Assembly: GCF_003334255.1 (NCBI RefSeq)
Contig: NZ_QOWU01000012.1
Reading direction: 5' to 3' (one strand)
Length of the DNA stretch: 64,000 nucleotides
DNA from: Escherichia coli
GTDB taxonomy: Bacteria; Pseudomonadota; Gammaproteobacteria; Enterobacterales; Enterobacteriaceae
The notes below the pieces were generated by a model that saw only the letters and a program-made list of their open reading frames with translations, was not told the origin of the DNA and made no database searches. Shown piece after piece: positions 44,434 to 54,566 of the stretch. The first letter of the stretch is position 1, and each line of letters begins with the position of its first letter. The translations under genes were made by a program, and so were the position numbers.

Positions 44434-44478
44434 TGATTAGACCCAAAATCATGATTAGACCTATCATTTAAATGATTA
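44434..44478. promoter_or_regulatory. Repeated TGATTAGACC / TGATTA motifs in the ycjY-pgrR divergent region (candidate PgrR operator)
   Basis: TGATTAGACC occurs at 44434-44443 and 44452-44461, and TGATTA at 44473-44478. The middle copy sits in ATGATTAGACCTATCAT (ATGAT-N7-ATCAT, with LysR-type T-N11-A architecture). Confidence 0.45.
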
Positions 44479-44500
44479 ATAGATTGTATGGAGATACTGA

Positions 44501-45400
44501 ATGAAGCGTGAAGAGATCGCTGATCTGATGGCGTTTGTCGTCGTTGCAGAGGAGCGTAGCTTCACTCGAGCAGCAGCCCGCCTGAGCATGGCGCAGTCAG
44601 CTTTAAGCCAGATAGTGCGCCGTATAGAAGAACGATTGGGATTGCGGCTTCTGACCCGAACCACGCGCAGTGTTGTACCCACTGAAGCGGGCGAGCATCT
44701 TTTGTCTGTTCTTGGCCCTATGTTGCATGACATAGATTCAGCCCTGGCATCCCTGAGCGATCTGCAGAACCGCCCATCCGGGACAATACGTATTACTACT
44801 GTAGAACATGCAGCAAAAACGATATTGTTACCAGCAATGCGCACATTCCTGAAATCGCATCCTGAAATTGATATTCAGCTCACCATTGATTATGGTTTGA
44901 CCGATGTCGTTTCTGAACGTTTTGATGCAGGCGTCCGTCTGGGTGGGGAGATGGATAAAGATATGATCGCCATTCGAATCGGGCCAGATATACCAATGGC
45001 TATTGTTGGCTCACCGGATTATTTTTCTCGCCGAAGTGTTCCAACGTCAGTGTCACAATTAATAGATCATCAGGCAATTAATTTGTATCTTCCCACATCG
45101 GGTACAGCAAATCGCTGGAGATTAATACGCGGTGGACGTGAAGTTCGTGTTCGCATGGAAGGTCAGCTTTTACTGAATACGATAGACCTGATCATTGATG
45201 CTGCAATTGATGGGCATGGATTGGCGTATCTACCTTATGATCAGGTTGAGCGGGCTATTAAAGAAAAAAAACTGATACGTGTTTTGGATAAATTCACACC
45301 AGATTTACCCGGTTATCACCTGTACTATCCACACCGTCGACATGCTGGCTCGGCATTCTCATTATTTATAGATAGGCTGAAGTATAAAGGTGCTGTTTAG
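44501..45400 (+). CDS. pgrR: LysR-family regulator of peptidoglycan recycling genes
   Basis: 299-aa ORF with the N-terminal LysR HTH FVVVAEERSFTRAAARLSMAQSALSQIVRRIEERLG. Recognised as YcjZ/PgrR. Confidence 0.92.
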   Translation: MKREEIADLMAFVVVAEERSFTRAAARLSMAQSALSQIVRRIEERLGLRLLTRTTRSVVPTEAGEHLLSVLGPMLHDIDSALASLSDLQNRPSGTIRITTVEHAAKTILLPAMRTFLKSHPEIDIQLTIDYGLTDVVSERFDAGVRLGGEMDKDMIAIRIGPDIPMAIVGSPDYFSRRSVPTSVSQLIDHQAINLYLPTSGTANRWRLIRGGREVRVRMEGQLLLNTIDLIIDAAIDGHGLAYLPYDQVERAIKEKKLIRVLDKFTPDLPGYHLYYPHRRHAGSAFSLFIDRLKYKGAV

Positions 45401-45649
45401 CACTACTTGCTGATACATTAATTTAATTCTTCTCTTAACGTATTCTCAGTTCCTTTCAACGTTTTGGTCATTTTTTATTCTTCGTACAATGGCGACAGAT
45501 GCTGATTATGATACCGAAAACGGGTTTGAACGTGCGAAGCCCGAACGTAGTGTTCGGAGTTCTATGTGCTTTACCGCATTTTGGAGACTATTATTTACAC
45601 TAAATCTGATTTGATATATTGATACTTAAAACATTTGATGCTTCCTTTG

Positions 45650-45679
45650 TCACTTTTTTGATGGAAGTTGTTTGCATTT
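45650..45679 (+). repeat. Right copy of the ~30-nt direct repeat (TCACTTTTTTGATGGAAGTTGTTTGCATTT)
   Basis: See 43203-43233. It lies 58-87 nt upstream of the mppA ATG. Confidence 0.85.
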
Positions 45680-45700
45680 CTTTAAGGCGAAACAAATAAT
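45672..45700 (+). promoter_or_regulatory. Candidate sigma-70 promoter for mppA (TTGCAT-N17-AATAAT)
   Basis: Hexamers and the 17-nt spacer were read directly. The -35 element lies inside the right repeat copy. This is a sequence-only prediction in AT-rich DNA. Confidence 0.3.
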
Positions 45701-45736
45701 TACGCATCAATTTTAATGTCGGTTAGAGGGAAACTT

Positions 45737-47350
45737 ATGAAGCACTCTGTTTCAGTCACGTGTTGTGCGCTGTTGGTCAGCAGCATTTCTCTTTCGTATG
45801 CTGCAGAAGTTCCGAGCGGCACAGTACTGGCAGAGAAGCAGGAGCTGGTGCGCCACATTAAAGATGAGCCTGCGTCGCTGGATCCCGCTAAAGCCGTGGG
45901 CCTGCCAGAGATTCAGGTCATTCGCGATCTGTTTGAAGGTCTGGTGAATCAGAACGAAAAAGGGGAGATTGTCCCCGGCGTTGCGACTCAGTGGAAAAGT
46001 AATGACAACCGTATCTGGACTTTTACCCTGCGCGATAACGCAAAATGGGCGGATGGCACACCGGTAACGGCGCAAGATTTTGTCTACAGCTGGCAACGTC
46101 TGGTGGACCCAAAAACATTGTCGCCATTTGCATGGTTTGCCGCGCTGGCGGGAATCAACAACGCACAGGCGATTATTGATGGTAAAGCTACGCCTGACCA
46201 GCTTGGCGTCACCGCAGTTGATGCCCATACTTTGAAAATTCAGCTTGATAAACCGTTGCCGTGGTTTGTGAATTTAACCGCTAACTTTGCCTTCTTCCCG
46301 GTGCAAAAAGCCAACGTAGAAAGCGGTAAAGAGTGGACGAAACCCGGAAATCTGATCGGCAATGGCGCTTATGTTCTTAAAGAGCGCGTAGTCAATGAAA
46401 AACTGGTCGTGGTACCGAATACCCATTATTGGGATAACGCCAAAACGGTACTGCAAAAAGTGACCTTCCTGCCAATTAATCAGGAATCCGCAGCCACTAA
46501 GCGTTACCTCGCGGGGGATATTGATATCACCGAATCCTTCCCGAAAAATATGTATCAGAAGCTGTTGAAGGATATTCCGGGGCAGGTTTATACGCCGCCG
46601 CAGCTCGGGACCTATTATTATGCGTTTAACACGCAAAAAGGGCCGACGGCAGATCAGCGCGTTCGTCTGGCATTAAGTATGACGATAGATCGCCGCCTGA
46701 TGACCGAAAAAGTATTAGGGACGGGCGAAAAGCCAGCGTGGCATTTTACACCAGATGTTACCGCGGGATTTACGCCGGAACCTTCGCCGTTTGAACAAAT
46801 GAGTCAGGAAGAACTGAATGCGCAGGCAAAAACTTTGTTGAGCGCAGCTGGTTATGGTCCGCAAAAACCGCTGAAGCTGACGCTTTTGTATAACACTTCA
46901 GAAAACCATCAAAAAATTGCGATTGCTGTAGCATCGATGTGGAAAAAGAACCTTGGCGTAGATGTTAAATTGCAAAATCAGGAATGGAAAACCTATATCG
47001 ATAGCCGTAACACCGGCAATTTTGATGTTATCCGCGCCTCGTGGGTGGGGGATTATAATGAACCCTCCACTTTCCTGACATTATTAACGTCAACGCATTC
47101 AGGAAATATTTCACGCTTTAACAATCCGGCATATGACAAAGTTCTGGCCCAGGCATCGACGGAAAATACCGTTAAAGCGCGTAATGCCGATTACAACGCG
47201 GCAGAAAAAATCCTCATGGAGCAAGCACCGATTGCACCAATTTATCAATATACCAATGGACGATTAATCAAGCCGTGGCTGAAAGGTTATCCCATTAATA
47301 ATCCTGAAGATGTGGCGTACAGTCGGACTATGTATATTGTGAAGCATTGA
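45737..47350 (+). CDS. mppA: Periplasmic murein tripeptide-binding protein (OppA paralogue)
   Basis: ORF track 45716..47350. The ATG at 45737 (MKHSVSVTCCALLVSSISLSYA signal peptide) gives 537 aa. Confidence 0.94.
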   Translation: MKHSVSVTCCALLVSSISLSYAAEVPSGTVLAEKQELVRHIKDEPASLDPAKAVGLPEIQVIRDLFEGLVNQNEKGEIVPGVATQWKSNDNRIWTFTLRDNAKWADGTPVTAQDFVYSWQRLVDPKTLSPFAWFAALAGINNAQAIIDGKATPDQLGVTAVDAHTLKIQLDKPLPWFVNLTANFAFFPVQKANVESGKEWTKPGNLIGNGAYVLKERVVNEKLVVVPNTHYWDNAKTVLQKVTFLPINQESAATKRYLAGDIDITESFPKNMYQKLLKDIPGQVYTPPQLGTYYYAFNTQKGPTADQRVRLALSMTIDRRLMTEKVLGTGEKPAWHFTPDVTAGFTPEPSPFEQMSQEELNAQAKTLLSAAGYGPQKPLKLTLLYNTSENHQKIAIAVASMWKKNLGVDVKLQNQEWKTYIDSRNTGNFDVIRASWVGDYNEPSTFLTLLTSTHSGNISRFNNPAYDKVLAQASTENTVKARNADYNAAEKILMEQAPIAPIYQYTNGRLIKPWLKGYPINNPEDVAYSRTMYIVKH

Positions 47351-47361
47351 TGTGATGGGAA

Positions 47362-47389
47362 CTGGCGTTACCCTTGTGCATAACGCCAG
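47362..47389. terminator. Stem-loop between the convergent genes mppA and ynaI
   Basis: CTGGCGTTA (47362-47370) pairs with TAACGCCAG (47381-47389). There is no strong U tract. Confidence 0.45.
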
Positions 47390-47400
47390 TGATGTCTGAT

Positions 47401-48432
47401 TTAGCGACCCTGTTCCGGCGGTGTAATGTTATCCATATACAGCGTCTGGCTGGGGAAGGCAAAGTCCGCGCCGTGTGACTGTACAATATCGATAATCTTC
47501 AAATAAACGTCTTGCTGTGCAGCAAGCCATTCAGCCCATACCGTGGTTTTGGTAAAGCAATAAACCATAATATTCAATGAAGAGTCAGCAAACTGGTTGA
47601 AATAAACCAGTAAGGTTTGTCGCTGGTCGATGGCCGGGTGATTTTTCAGCATCTCACGTACAGCTTCGACAATAACGCCCACTTTTGCCGCATCCTCATA
47701 ACGTAAACCAATGGTCGTGGTAATGCGGCGGTTGGTCATTCGTCCTGGGTTTTCTACGCTGATCGACGAAAACAGCGAGTTCGGTACGTACAATGGACGA
47801 TTATCAAAGGTCGTAATTTTGGTAATTCGCCAGCCAATTTCCGCTACTGTACCTTCGATATTTCTGTCCGGTGAACGGATCCAGTCGCCAATACTGAAAG
47901 GACGGTCGAAATAGAGCATAATCCCGGAAAAGAAGTTACTCAGAATATCTTTACCGGCCATACCGACAGCCAGACCACCAATACCACCAAAGGTCAGCAA
48001 GCCAGAAAGGCTCATGCCGAAATGTTCGCCATAAAGCAGAACAAGCACCACAATAATGGTGATTTTGATGATACGCGACATAATCCGCGCACTGGTGATA
48101 TCGCGACCTTTTTTAATCTGCTGTTTTTCAAACTGATTAATCAGCAGAAATAGCTTAATCGTCAGAATAACCGCAATCAGGGACGTACAGATAAAATCGA
48201 TAACGCCTGGGGTGATAAATTTGAGTTTATAGTTTTCTATAACATAATTAATAATGCTACCAACAGCACTGATAATTATGGTGTAGATTAAAAATTGCAC
48301 CGCATGGAATAAAAATCCTTTTCTTTTACGATTTCCACGGCGAAACCAAAAGCTCATCAGAATCAATGCTGCGCAGCTACCGAAAATAATGACCAGATTA
48401 AGCGCATTATTTGTAAACAGTTCAGCGATCAT
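47401..48432 (-). CDS. ynaI: MscS-family low-conductance mechanosensitive channel
   Basis: 343-aa ORF with N-terminal TM helices and an MscS beta-domain. Recognised as YnaI. Confidence 0.94.
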
Positions 48433-48675
48433 TGTTTTATCAGGCTCCTCCAGATAATTGTCGTCATGCCGGAAACCCCTGGCGGGGCTATTTTACCGCG
48501 ACAATTCATTCAGATCATCAATAGTCAGGGAAGGAAGTAGCAACATTAGCTAACTAATCAATGCGTTGATTGTAAATCCAGCTAAGAGGTGAGGTTTTCA
48601 GAGCAGACAACGGTGAAATGTCATGGTATTGTTACGTTTAGGTAACAAGAAATTTGTCTGCACAAGGATTACATC

Positions 48676-48933
48676 ATGATTATGGCGAAACTGAAGTCAG
48701 CGAAAGGGAAGAAATTTCTCTTTGGTTTGTTGGCGGTTTTCATTATTGCGGCGTCGGTTGTGACTCGCGCGACCATCGGCGGCGTTATAGAACAGTACAA
48801 TATTCCGCTGTCTGAGTGGACGACATCAATGTATGTGATTCAGTCATCGATGATTTTTGTTTATAGCCTGGTCTTTACTGTGTTGCTGGCAATCCCGTTG
48901 GGAATTTATTTCCTTGGCGGCGAAGAGCAGTAA
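48676..48933 (+). CDS. ynaJ: Small inner-membrane protein (DUF2534)
   Basis: 85-aa ORF with two predicted TM segments. Recognised as YnaJ. Confidence 0.9.
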   Translation: MIMAKLKSAKGKKFLFGLLAVFIIAASVVTRATIGGVIEQYNIPLSEWTTSMYVIQSSMIFVYSLVFTVLLAIPLGIYFLGGEEQ

Positions 48934-48942
48934 GTAAAAAAT

Positions 48943-48962
48943 AGGCCCGATAACTCGGGCCT
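48943..48962. terminator. Bidirectional terminator between ynaJ and uspE
   Basis: AGGCCCG-ATAACT-CGGGCCT stem-loop flanked by an A run (48935-48941), which becomes a U tract for the minus-strand uspE transcript. Confidence 0.65.
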
Positions 48963-48982
48963 TGTCAGTTATTGAAGAGTCG

Positions 48983-49933
48983 TTAATCGTCTTCTTCGTC
49001 ATCCAGTTCAACGGGTGTCTGATACTGGTCAGGTTTAATGACCAGCAGGTCGCAGCGAAGATGATCAATCACCTGTTCCGCCGTGTTGCCGAGGAATGCT
49101 GCTGAAATACCGGTGCGTCCGACCGTGCCCAGAACCACAATTCCCGCCTGTAAATGCTCCGCCAAATCAGGAATCACCTCTTCAGGCAGACCTTTTTCTA
49201 CGTGCGTCATGTTTTCATTAATGCCGAATTTCTGCCGCAGAGCTTTCATTGCCAGCAAATGTTGCCCACGAATGGCATCGTTATAAACGCTCGGGTCAAA
49301 TTCCGGCAGTTCAATCGCGATATTAATTGGCGTTACCGGATAAGCGCCAACCAGATGAACTTCGGTATGGTTGACTTGTTCTGCCAGTTCGATCGTCTCT
49401 TTGACCAGTTTTTCATTGAGCGCATTATGATACGGCTCTTCACTGGCGAGATTCACCGCCACCAGCGCCTTGCCTCCTTCCGGCCACGGCTGGTCTTTCA
49501 CCATCCACACCGGGCTTGGGCATTTGCGTAACAGATGCCAGTCCGTTGGCGTAAAAATCACCGCTTCCAGACGGTCATGTTGGTGCGCCATTTTTAGCAC
49601 CAAATCGTGTCCGCCGCTGATCACTTCCTGAATGATGGCTTCGAAAGGACGGTTATGCCAGACCACTTTAATTTCAATGGGAACGCCAGCATTGAGATAA
49701 TATTTTGCCTGCTCGTGGATCCAGGCTGTACGCTGGCTGATGACGCCCTGACGCATAGCGGTACGTTCGTCCGGGGAGAGCAGGGTGGTCATTTCGTATG
49801 AGAAGTCATAGATCGGCAAAAAGGCTTTAATTTTGCCACCAATCCGTTGATGTAAATAAACAGCTCGCCGCAATGCTGGTTGGTCGTCCTGGTTAGGATC
49901 GATAACAACGAGCATGTTCTGATACATAGCCAT
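48983..49933 (-). CDS. uspE: Universal stress protein E (tandem USP domains)
   Basis: ORF track 48983..49960. The ATG at 49933 ([27 protein letters not shown]) gives 316 aa. Confidence 0.93.
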   Translation of the reverse strand: MAMYQNMLVVIDPNQDDQPALRRAVYLHQRIGGKIKAFLPIYDFSYEMTTLLSPDERTAMRQGVISQRTAWIHEQAKYYLNAGVPIEIKVVWHNRPFEAIIQEVISGGHDLVLKMAHQHDRLEAVIFTPTDWHLLRKCPSPVWMVKDQPWPEGGKALVAVNLASEEPYHNALNEKLVKETIELAEQVNHTEVHLVGAYPVTPINIAIELPEFDPSVYNDAIRGQHLLAMKALRQKFGINENMTHVEKGLPEEVIPDLAEHLQAGIVVLGTVGRTGISAAFLGNTAEQVIDHLRCDLLVIKPDQYQTPVELDDEEDD

Positions 49934-50084
49934 ACAGGGTCTCCTTACAACAACTGTCAACGCAGTTTGTAATTAAAAGATTAACCCATATCTGGTGAAT
50001 GAAACAGTGATGAACCTTCTGCCAGATCAATAAATCAGAAAAATTTAATGATATGACAGAAGGATAGTGAGTTATGCGGAAAAA

Positions 50085-50837
50085 TCAGGCAACGTTACGC
50101 GTATGACCAGCAAGCTGGGCCAGCGCATCGTTATTTTCGATGGTGATGTATTTACCTTTGACTGCCAGCATACCGCTTTTCTGGAAGCGACCCAGCAGAC
50201 GGCTGATGGTTTCTACCGTCAGGCCCAGATAGTTACCGATATCGCCACGAGTCATCGTCAGGCGGAATTCACGAGGGGAGAAGCCGCGTTGGGCAAAACG
50301 ACGGGACAGGTTGTAGATGAATGCAGCCAGACGTTCCTCGGCATTTTTCTTCGACAACAGCAGGATCATGTCCTGATCGCCTTTGATTTCACCGCTCATC
50401 AGACGCATCATCTGCTGACGCAGATTCGGCATTTTACCGGACAAATCGTCCAGCGTTTCGAACGGGATTTCACATACCATCGAGGTTTCCAGCGCCTGAG
50501 CGAAGCTCGGGTGATGGCCGCTGCCGATAGCATCAAATCCCACCAGGTCACCTGCTAAATGAAAACCAGTGATTTGCTCGTCGCCTTGCTCAGTGATGGT
50601 ATAACTTTTAATCGTACCGGAGCGGATGGCATAAAGCGATTTAAGTTCATCACCAGCCTTAAACAGCGTCTGGCCTTTCTGAATAGGCTTCTTCCGCTCA
50701 ATGATATTATCAAGCTGATCAAGCTCATGTTCGTTGAGTGTGAACGGGATGCAAAGCTGGCTGATGCTGCAATCCTGGCAATGGATAGCACAACCGCCAG
50801 ACTGAATGCGCCGTATAATTCGCTTTTCCGGGATCAT
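50085..50837 (-). CDS. fnr: Global anaerobic regulator FNR (CRP/FNR family, [4Fe-4S])
   Basis: ORF track 50085..50894. The ATG at 50837 ([30 protein letters not shown]-terminal Cys cluster) gives 250 aa. Confidence 0.97.
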
Positions 50838-50856
50838 AGGTCTGCTCAAGCCGTAA

Positions 50857-50870
50857 TTGATATTTGTCAA
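50857..50870. promoter_or_regulatory. FNR box in the fnr promoter (TTGATATTTGTCAA)
   Basis: Matches the FNR consensus TTGAT-N4-ATCAA at 9 of 10 positions, 20-33 nt upstream of the fnr ATG. This is consistent with known negative autoregulation. Confidence 0.7.
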
Positions 50871-51031
50871 TTTTAACATCTTTTTAGGGAGCAAGTAAGT
50901 CTAAGCAAACCTTAACAGCAGAGAATTCCGATATTAGATGTAAATATATGTCTATCTATTTGAAAAACCTTAAGTTGTTAAGGGTAACTTTACATAAAAG
51001 TGTGAACAAGCTGGCACAAATTGTTTAATGT

Positions 51032-51547
51032 TTACAGCAAAAGATAACCTTCGTGGCGCAATAACCACTCTTTTCGCTGAACTCCGCCTGCATATCCGGT
51101 CATGGTGCCGTTTCGGCCAATAACCCGATGGCAAGGTACTACAATGCTGATGGGATTCGATCCGTTTGCCGCACCAACGGCACGCGCCGCGCCAGGGCGG
51201 CCCAATTGTTCAGCCAGTTGGCCGTAATGCATTACCTGCCCGCAGGGGATAGTGCGTAGTGTTTTCCAGACTTCGCGCTGAAATGGCGTCCCCCCTGTGG
51301 CAGTGGGAAGCGTATCAATAATGCTAAGATTACCGGCAAAATAATCACGAAGCTTGTCGCTTAAACCGCCTGGGTTGGTGGCAGAAATGCGCTCATAGCC
51401 TTCTTTGCGATAATGGATGTTCAGCAGCTGCACCATGCGTTCGCTGTACTCTTCCCATTCAACCGCCCGCAGGCGAAATTGCTCATCGCAAATCACCCAC
51501 AGTGGACCCAGTGGCGTGGCAATTTTTTCTTCAAGTAATCTCAGCAT
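51032..51547 (-). CDS. ogt: O6-alkylguanine-DNA alkyltransferase
   Basis: 171-aa ORF with the active-site motif VPCHRV. Recognised as Ogt. Confidence 0.96.
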   Translation of the reverse strand: MLRLLEEKIATPLGPLWVICDEQFRLRAVEWEEYSERMVQLLNIHYRKEGYERISATNPGGLSDKLRDYFAGNLSIIDTLPTATGGTPFQREVWKTLRTIPCGQVMHYGQLAEQLGRPGAARAVGAANGSNPISIVVPCHRVIGRNGTMTGYAGGVQRKEWLLRHEGYLLL

Positions 51548-51557
51548 CCGTTCTCTC

Positions 51558-53084
51558 TTAAGACAAACGTGGGTAAATCCCCGGACCTATCGGCAGACCA
51601 ACAAGATACCACGCCAGCAACATCAGCAGCCATACCACCAAAAAGATAAGCGGATAGGGCAAGACTAACGAATAGTAAGTACCCAGTTTCGCGTCTGGTT
51701 TGTAGCGTTGCAGGAATCCAAGAAACAGTGGAACAAAAGGAGATACCGGCGCTAAAGGCAATACGGATGAGTCGGCAATACGAAAGAGGATTTGCGCAAA
51801 TGCCGGGTGAAAGCCAAGTAGCATAAACATTGGTACGAAAATGGGGGCCAGAATCGACCAGATTGCGGAACCGCTGGCAATAAACATGCATAAGAAAGAG
51901 GAAAGCAACGCCAGACCGACAAACGCCGGGATGCCGCTAAGCCCTGAACTTTCCAGTATATCGGTCAGCCCCACGGCGATGAATTTCCCCATGTTGCTCC
52001 AGTTAAACATGGCGACAAATTGGGCGAGGGGAAAAACCATCACGATAAATCCCGCCATCTCTTTCATCGGTTCAATCATTAAATGCGGTAAATCCGCCTG
52101 ACGTCGAATTGTGCGGGTAGCGATGCCATAAGCCAGCGAAACCACAAAGAAAAAAAGAATGATCAGTGGCACGATACCTTTAATAAAGGGTGATGGCATC
52201 ACGGTGTGATTAATCGGATCGCGCAATATCCCGTTTTCCGGGATCACCATCAGCGCGATCGCAGCAATAAAAAGTAGCGATACGACACCTGCTATGCGTA
52301 AACCAAAACGCTGACTTTCGGTCAATGTCTGCAGTTTCTCATCGCTGTTTCCCTGCCATTGACCTAACCGTGGTTCGATGATTTTGTCGGTTATCAGGCC
52401 GCCAACAATCGTCAGTACGACTACGGAGCTGGCCATAAAATACCAGTTATCAATTACACTGACGTGCATTTGCGGATTGAACGCAGCCGCCGCTTCCGTG
52501 CTGATCCCCGACAGCAACACGTCGGTTGTGACAATCAGTAAATTAGCCGTGAAGCCGCAACCTACGCCTGCAATGGCGGCCAGTAAACCTGCAACTGGAT
52601 GCCTGCCCACCGCCAGAAAAATCAGCGCACCCATCGGTGGCATGATCACTAACGCCGCATCGGAAGAAATGTGGCTGAAAAAAGCAATAAACAGCACCAT
52701 ATAACTGGCGTAGCGGGCATTAACATGCGATGCCATTTTAACCATTAGCGCTGGCAGTAAGCCGACGCGCTCCGCCAGACCGGCACCTAAAACCAGCGCC
52801 AGGATCGCACCAAGTGGAGCAAAACCGCTAAAGTTTTTAATCACATTGGGTAAAAACCAGTGTAATCCTTCCACACTGAGCAGGTTTTTCACCACCACCG
52901 GCGTACCATCGGTCGGGTTTTTCGCACTGACGCCAAAGGCCGACAAAATTGCCGTCGTCACCATGAGTACGATAATCAAATAGATAAAGAGCAAAAAAGG
53001 ATGGGGAACCTTGTTACCAATTCTTTCGACCCAGCCATAGAGCTTCCCGGATTGGGAGGACGACGGTATGGATGACATACTCAT
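51558..53084 (-). CDS. abgT: p-Aminobenzoyl-glutamate transporter (AbgT family)
   Basis: ORF track 51558..53090. The ATG at 53084 ([30 protein letters not shown]) gives 508 aa. The protein is multi-TM. Confidence 0.92.
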   Translation of the reverse strand: MSMSSIPSSSQSGKLYGWVERIGNKVPHPFLLFIYLIIVLMVTTAILSAFGVSAKNPTDGTPVVVKNLLSVEGLHWFLPNVIKNFSGFAPLGAILALVLGAGLAERVGLLPALMVKMASHVNARYASYMVLFIAFFSHISSDAALVIMPPMGALIFLAVGRHPVAGLLAAIAGVGCGFTANLLIVTTDVLLSGISTEAAAAFNPQMHVSVIDNWYFMASSVVVLTIVGGLITDKIIEPRLGQWQGNSDEKLQTLTESQRFGLRIAGVVSLLFIAAIALMVIPENGILRDPINHTVMPSPFIKGIVPLIILFFFVVSLAYGIATRTIRRQADLPHLMIEPMKEMAGFIVMVFPLAQFVAMFNWSNMGKFIAVGLTDILESSGLSGIPAFVGLALLSSFLCMFIASGSAIWSILAPIFVPMFMLLGFHPAFAQILFRIADSSVLPLAPVSPFVPLFLGFLQRYKPDAKLGTYYSLVLPYPLIFLVVWLLMLLAWYLVGLPIGPGIYPRLS

Positions 53085-53120
53085 GGGCATTCCTCGGTTG
53101 TTGTGTTTACGTTGTTGTTG

Positions 53121-54566
53121 TTATTTTAAAGGTGACGGTGTCACGTTTTTCGGGATAGGGCAGTGATACGGTTGCGTGTCCGTTACTTGCTGATGCTCTT
53201 GTAGGCATTCTTGCAATAGCCCTGAATCAATGAAGAGATTGACTGTGGTTGCTGCCATAGTTTTCGCCGCCAGCAGCATTCCTTTATGAGCAATAGATGT
53301 TCGCCCCTGGCTAACCAGTTGCCACGTATGTAGCGGTGTACCGACGGCAAAACAGGGGCTGAAACTCTGGGCAACAGGCAGTTTCCAACTGACGTCGCCG
53401 ACATCAGTCGATGCCGCAAGCACGTTATCGGTGGCGGCATATGGAGCGACTTCATTCGCCAGTACCGTTTCACGATGACGTAGTGCAAAAACCTTGCCGT
53501 TTTCGCCACCGGTTGCGGCGATATTATTCAGACTGTTTTGCCGATCGTTGGGGGTGAGCGTAGCCTGAATTTGTTTCGCAAAAGCCAGTTCTTCGGAGTT
53601 CCATTCTGGGGTACCAAAATGGGATAGGGCCTGGTACATGGCATTTTCTAAGGTGCGATTCGGGAGATAACTGGAACAGGCTTTGTCGAAGCGGCATTCA
53701 ACCGTGGTTTCGGTCATCAATGCCGCACCTTCGGCGATTTTGGCGACCCGATCATAAATATGCTGCACGTCGGTCATTTCGGGGGCGCGGATAAGATAAA
53801 GTACTTCTGCCTGCGCCTGGACCACGTTGGGCGTGATCCCGCCGCTATCTGTGATGGCATAGTGTACGCGCGCTTTTTCAATAATATGTTCGTTGAGGAA
53901 GTTGGTGCCAGTGGTCATCAACGTTACGGCATCAAGGGCGCTGCGTCCCAAATGAGGGGAATTCGCGGCATGTGCTGCGATCCCTTTAAAGCGCCATGAT
54001 GCCTGAATGTTTGCCAGCGTGCGGGTATTGAACATACCGGCAAAGGCTTCCGGGTGCCAGGTGAGTGCCGCATCCACATCATCAAATACCCCCTCGCGGA
54101 CCATGAACGTTTTACCCGAGCCGCCTTCTTCGCCAGGACAACCATAAAAGCGTACTGTGCCGCCTTGCCCATATTGTTCCAGCCATTTCTTGACGGCTAT
54201 TGCAGCGGCAAAGGCGGCGGTTCCCAGCAAATTGTGTCCGCAACCGTGACCATTTTCACCGGGCGTCGCGGATGTAGGTTGCGCGCAACCAGCTTGCTGA
54301 CTTAAACCTGCCAGGGCGTCATATTCTCCCAGCAGGGCGATAACCGGTTTGCCTTGACCAAACGAAGCAATAAAGGCATTTGGGATATTGCCTACGTTGC
54401 GGGTAACGGTGAAGCCTGCAGATTCCAGCGCCGAAGCCAGATGCTCCGCTGACCAGAACTCTTCAAAACGTGTTTCTGGATGATCCCAGATTTGATCGGC
54501 AATATCGGTATAACGTTGGCGATCGGCTTCAATCGCATCGTCGATAAAACGATAGATTTCCTGCAT
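53121..54566 (-). CDS. abgB: p-Aminobenzoyl-glutamate hydrolase subunit B (M20 peptidase)
   Basis: 481-aa ORF starting MQEIYRFIDDAIEADRQRYTDIADQIWDHPETRFEEFWSAEHL, recognised as AbgB. Confidence 0.93.
   Translation of the reverse strand: MQEIYRFIDDAIEADRQRYTDIADQIWDHPETRFEEFWSAEHLASALESAGFTVTRNVGNIPNAFIASFGQGKPVIALLGEYDALAGLSQQAGCAQPTSATPGENGHGCGHNLLGTAAFAAAIAVKKWLEQYGQGGTVRFYGCPGEEGGSGKTFMVREGVFDDVDAALTWHPEAFAGMFNTRTLANIQASWRFKGIAAHAANSPHLGRSALDAVTLMTTGTNFLNEHIIEKARVHYAITDSGGITPNVVQAQAEVLYLIRAPEMTDVQHIYDRVAKIAEGAALMTETTVECRFDKACSSYLPNRTLENAMYQALSHFGTPEWNSEELAFAKQIQATLTPNDRQNSLNNIAATGGENGKVFALRHRETVLANEVAPYAATDNVLAASTDVGDVSWKLPVAQSFSPCFAVGTPLHTWQLVSQGRTSIAHKGMLLAAKTMAATTVNLFIDSGLLQECLQEHQQVTDTQPYHCPIPKNVTPSPLK

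Noticed and set aside
45489-45614. 41-codon ORF (MATDADYDTENGFERAKPERSVRSSMCFTAFWRLLFTLNLI) in the pgrR-mppA spacer, with a hydrophobic tail reminiscent of small toxins
   Set aside because: There is no Shine-Dalgarno sequence upstream of the ATG and no obvious promoter or antisense RNA partner. AT-rich spacers generate such ORFs by chance. It is worth only a glance in ribosome-profiling data.
50067-50558. 163-codon plus-strand ORF opposite fnr
   Set aside because: It is the shadow frame of fnr. The fnr identification is certain, from the N-terminal Cys cluster and the full-length match.
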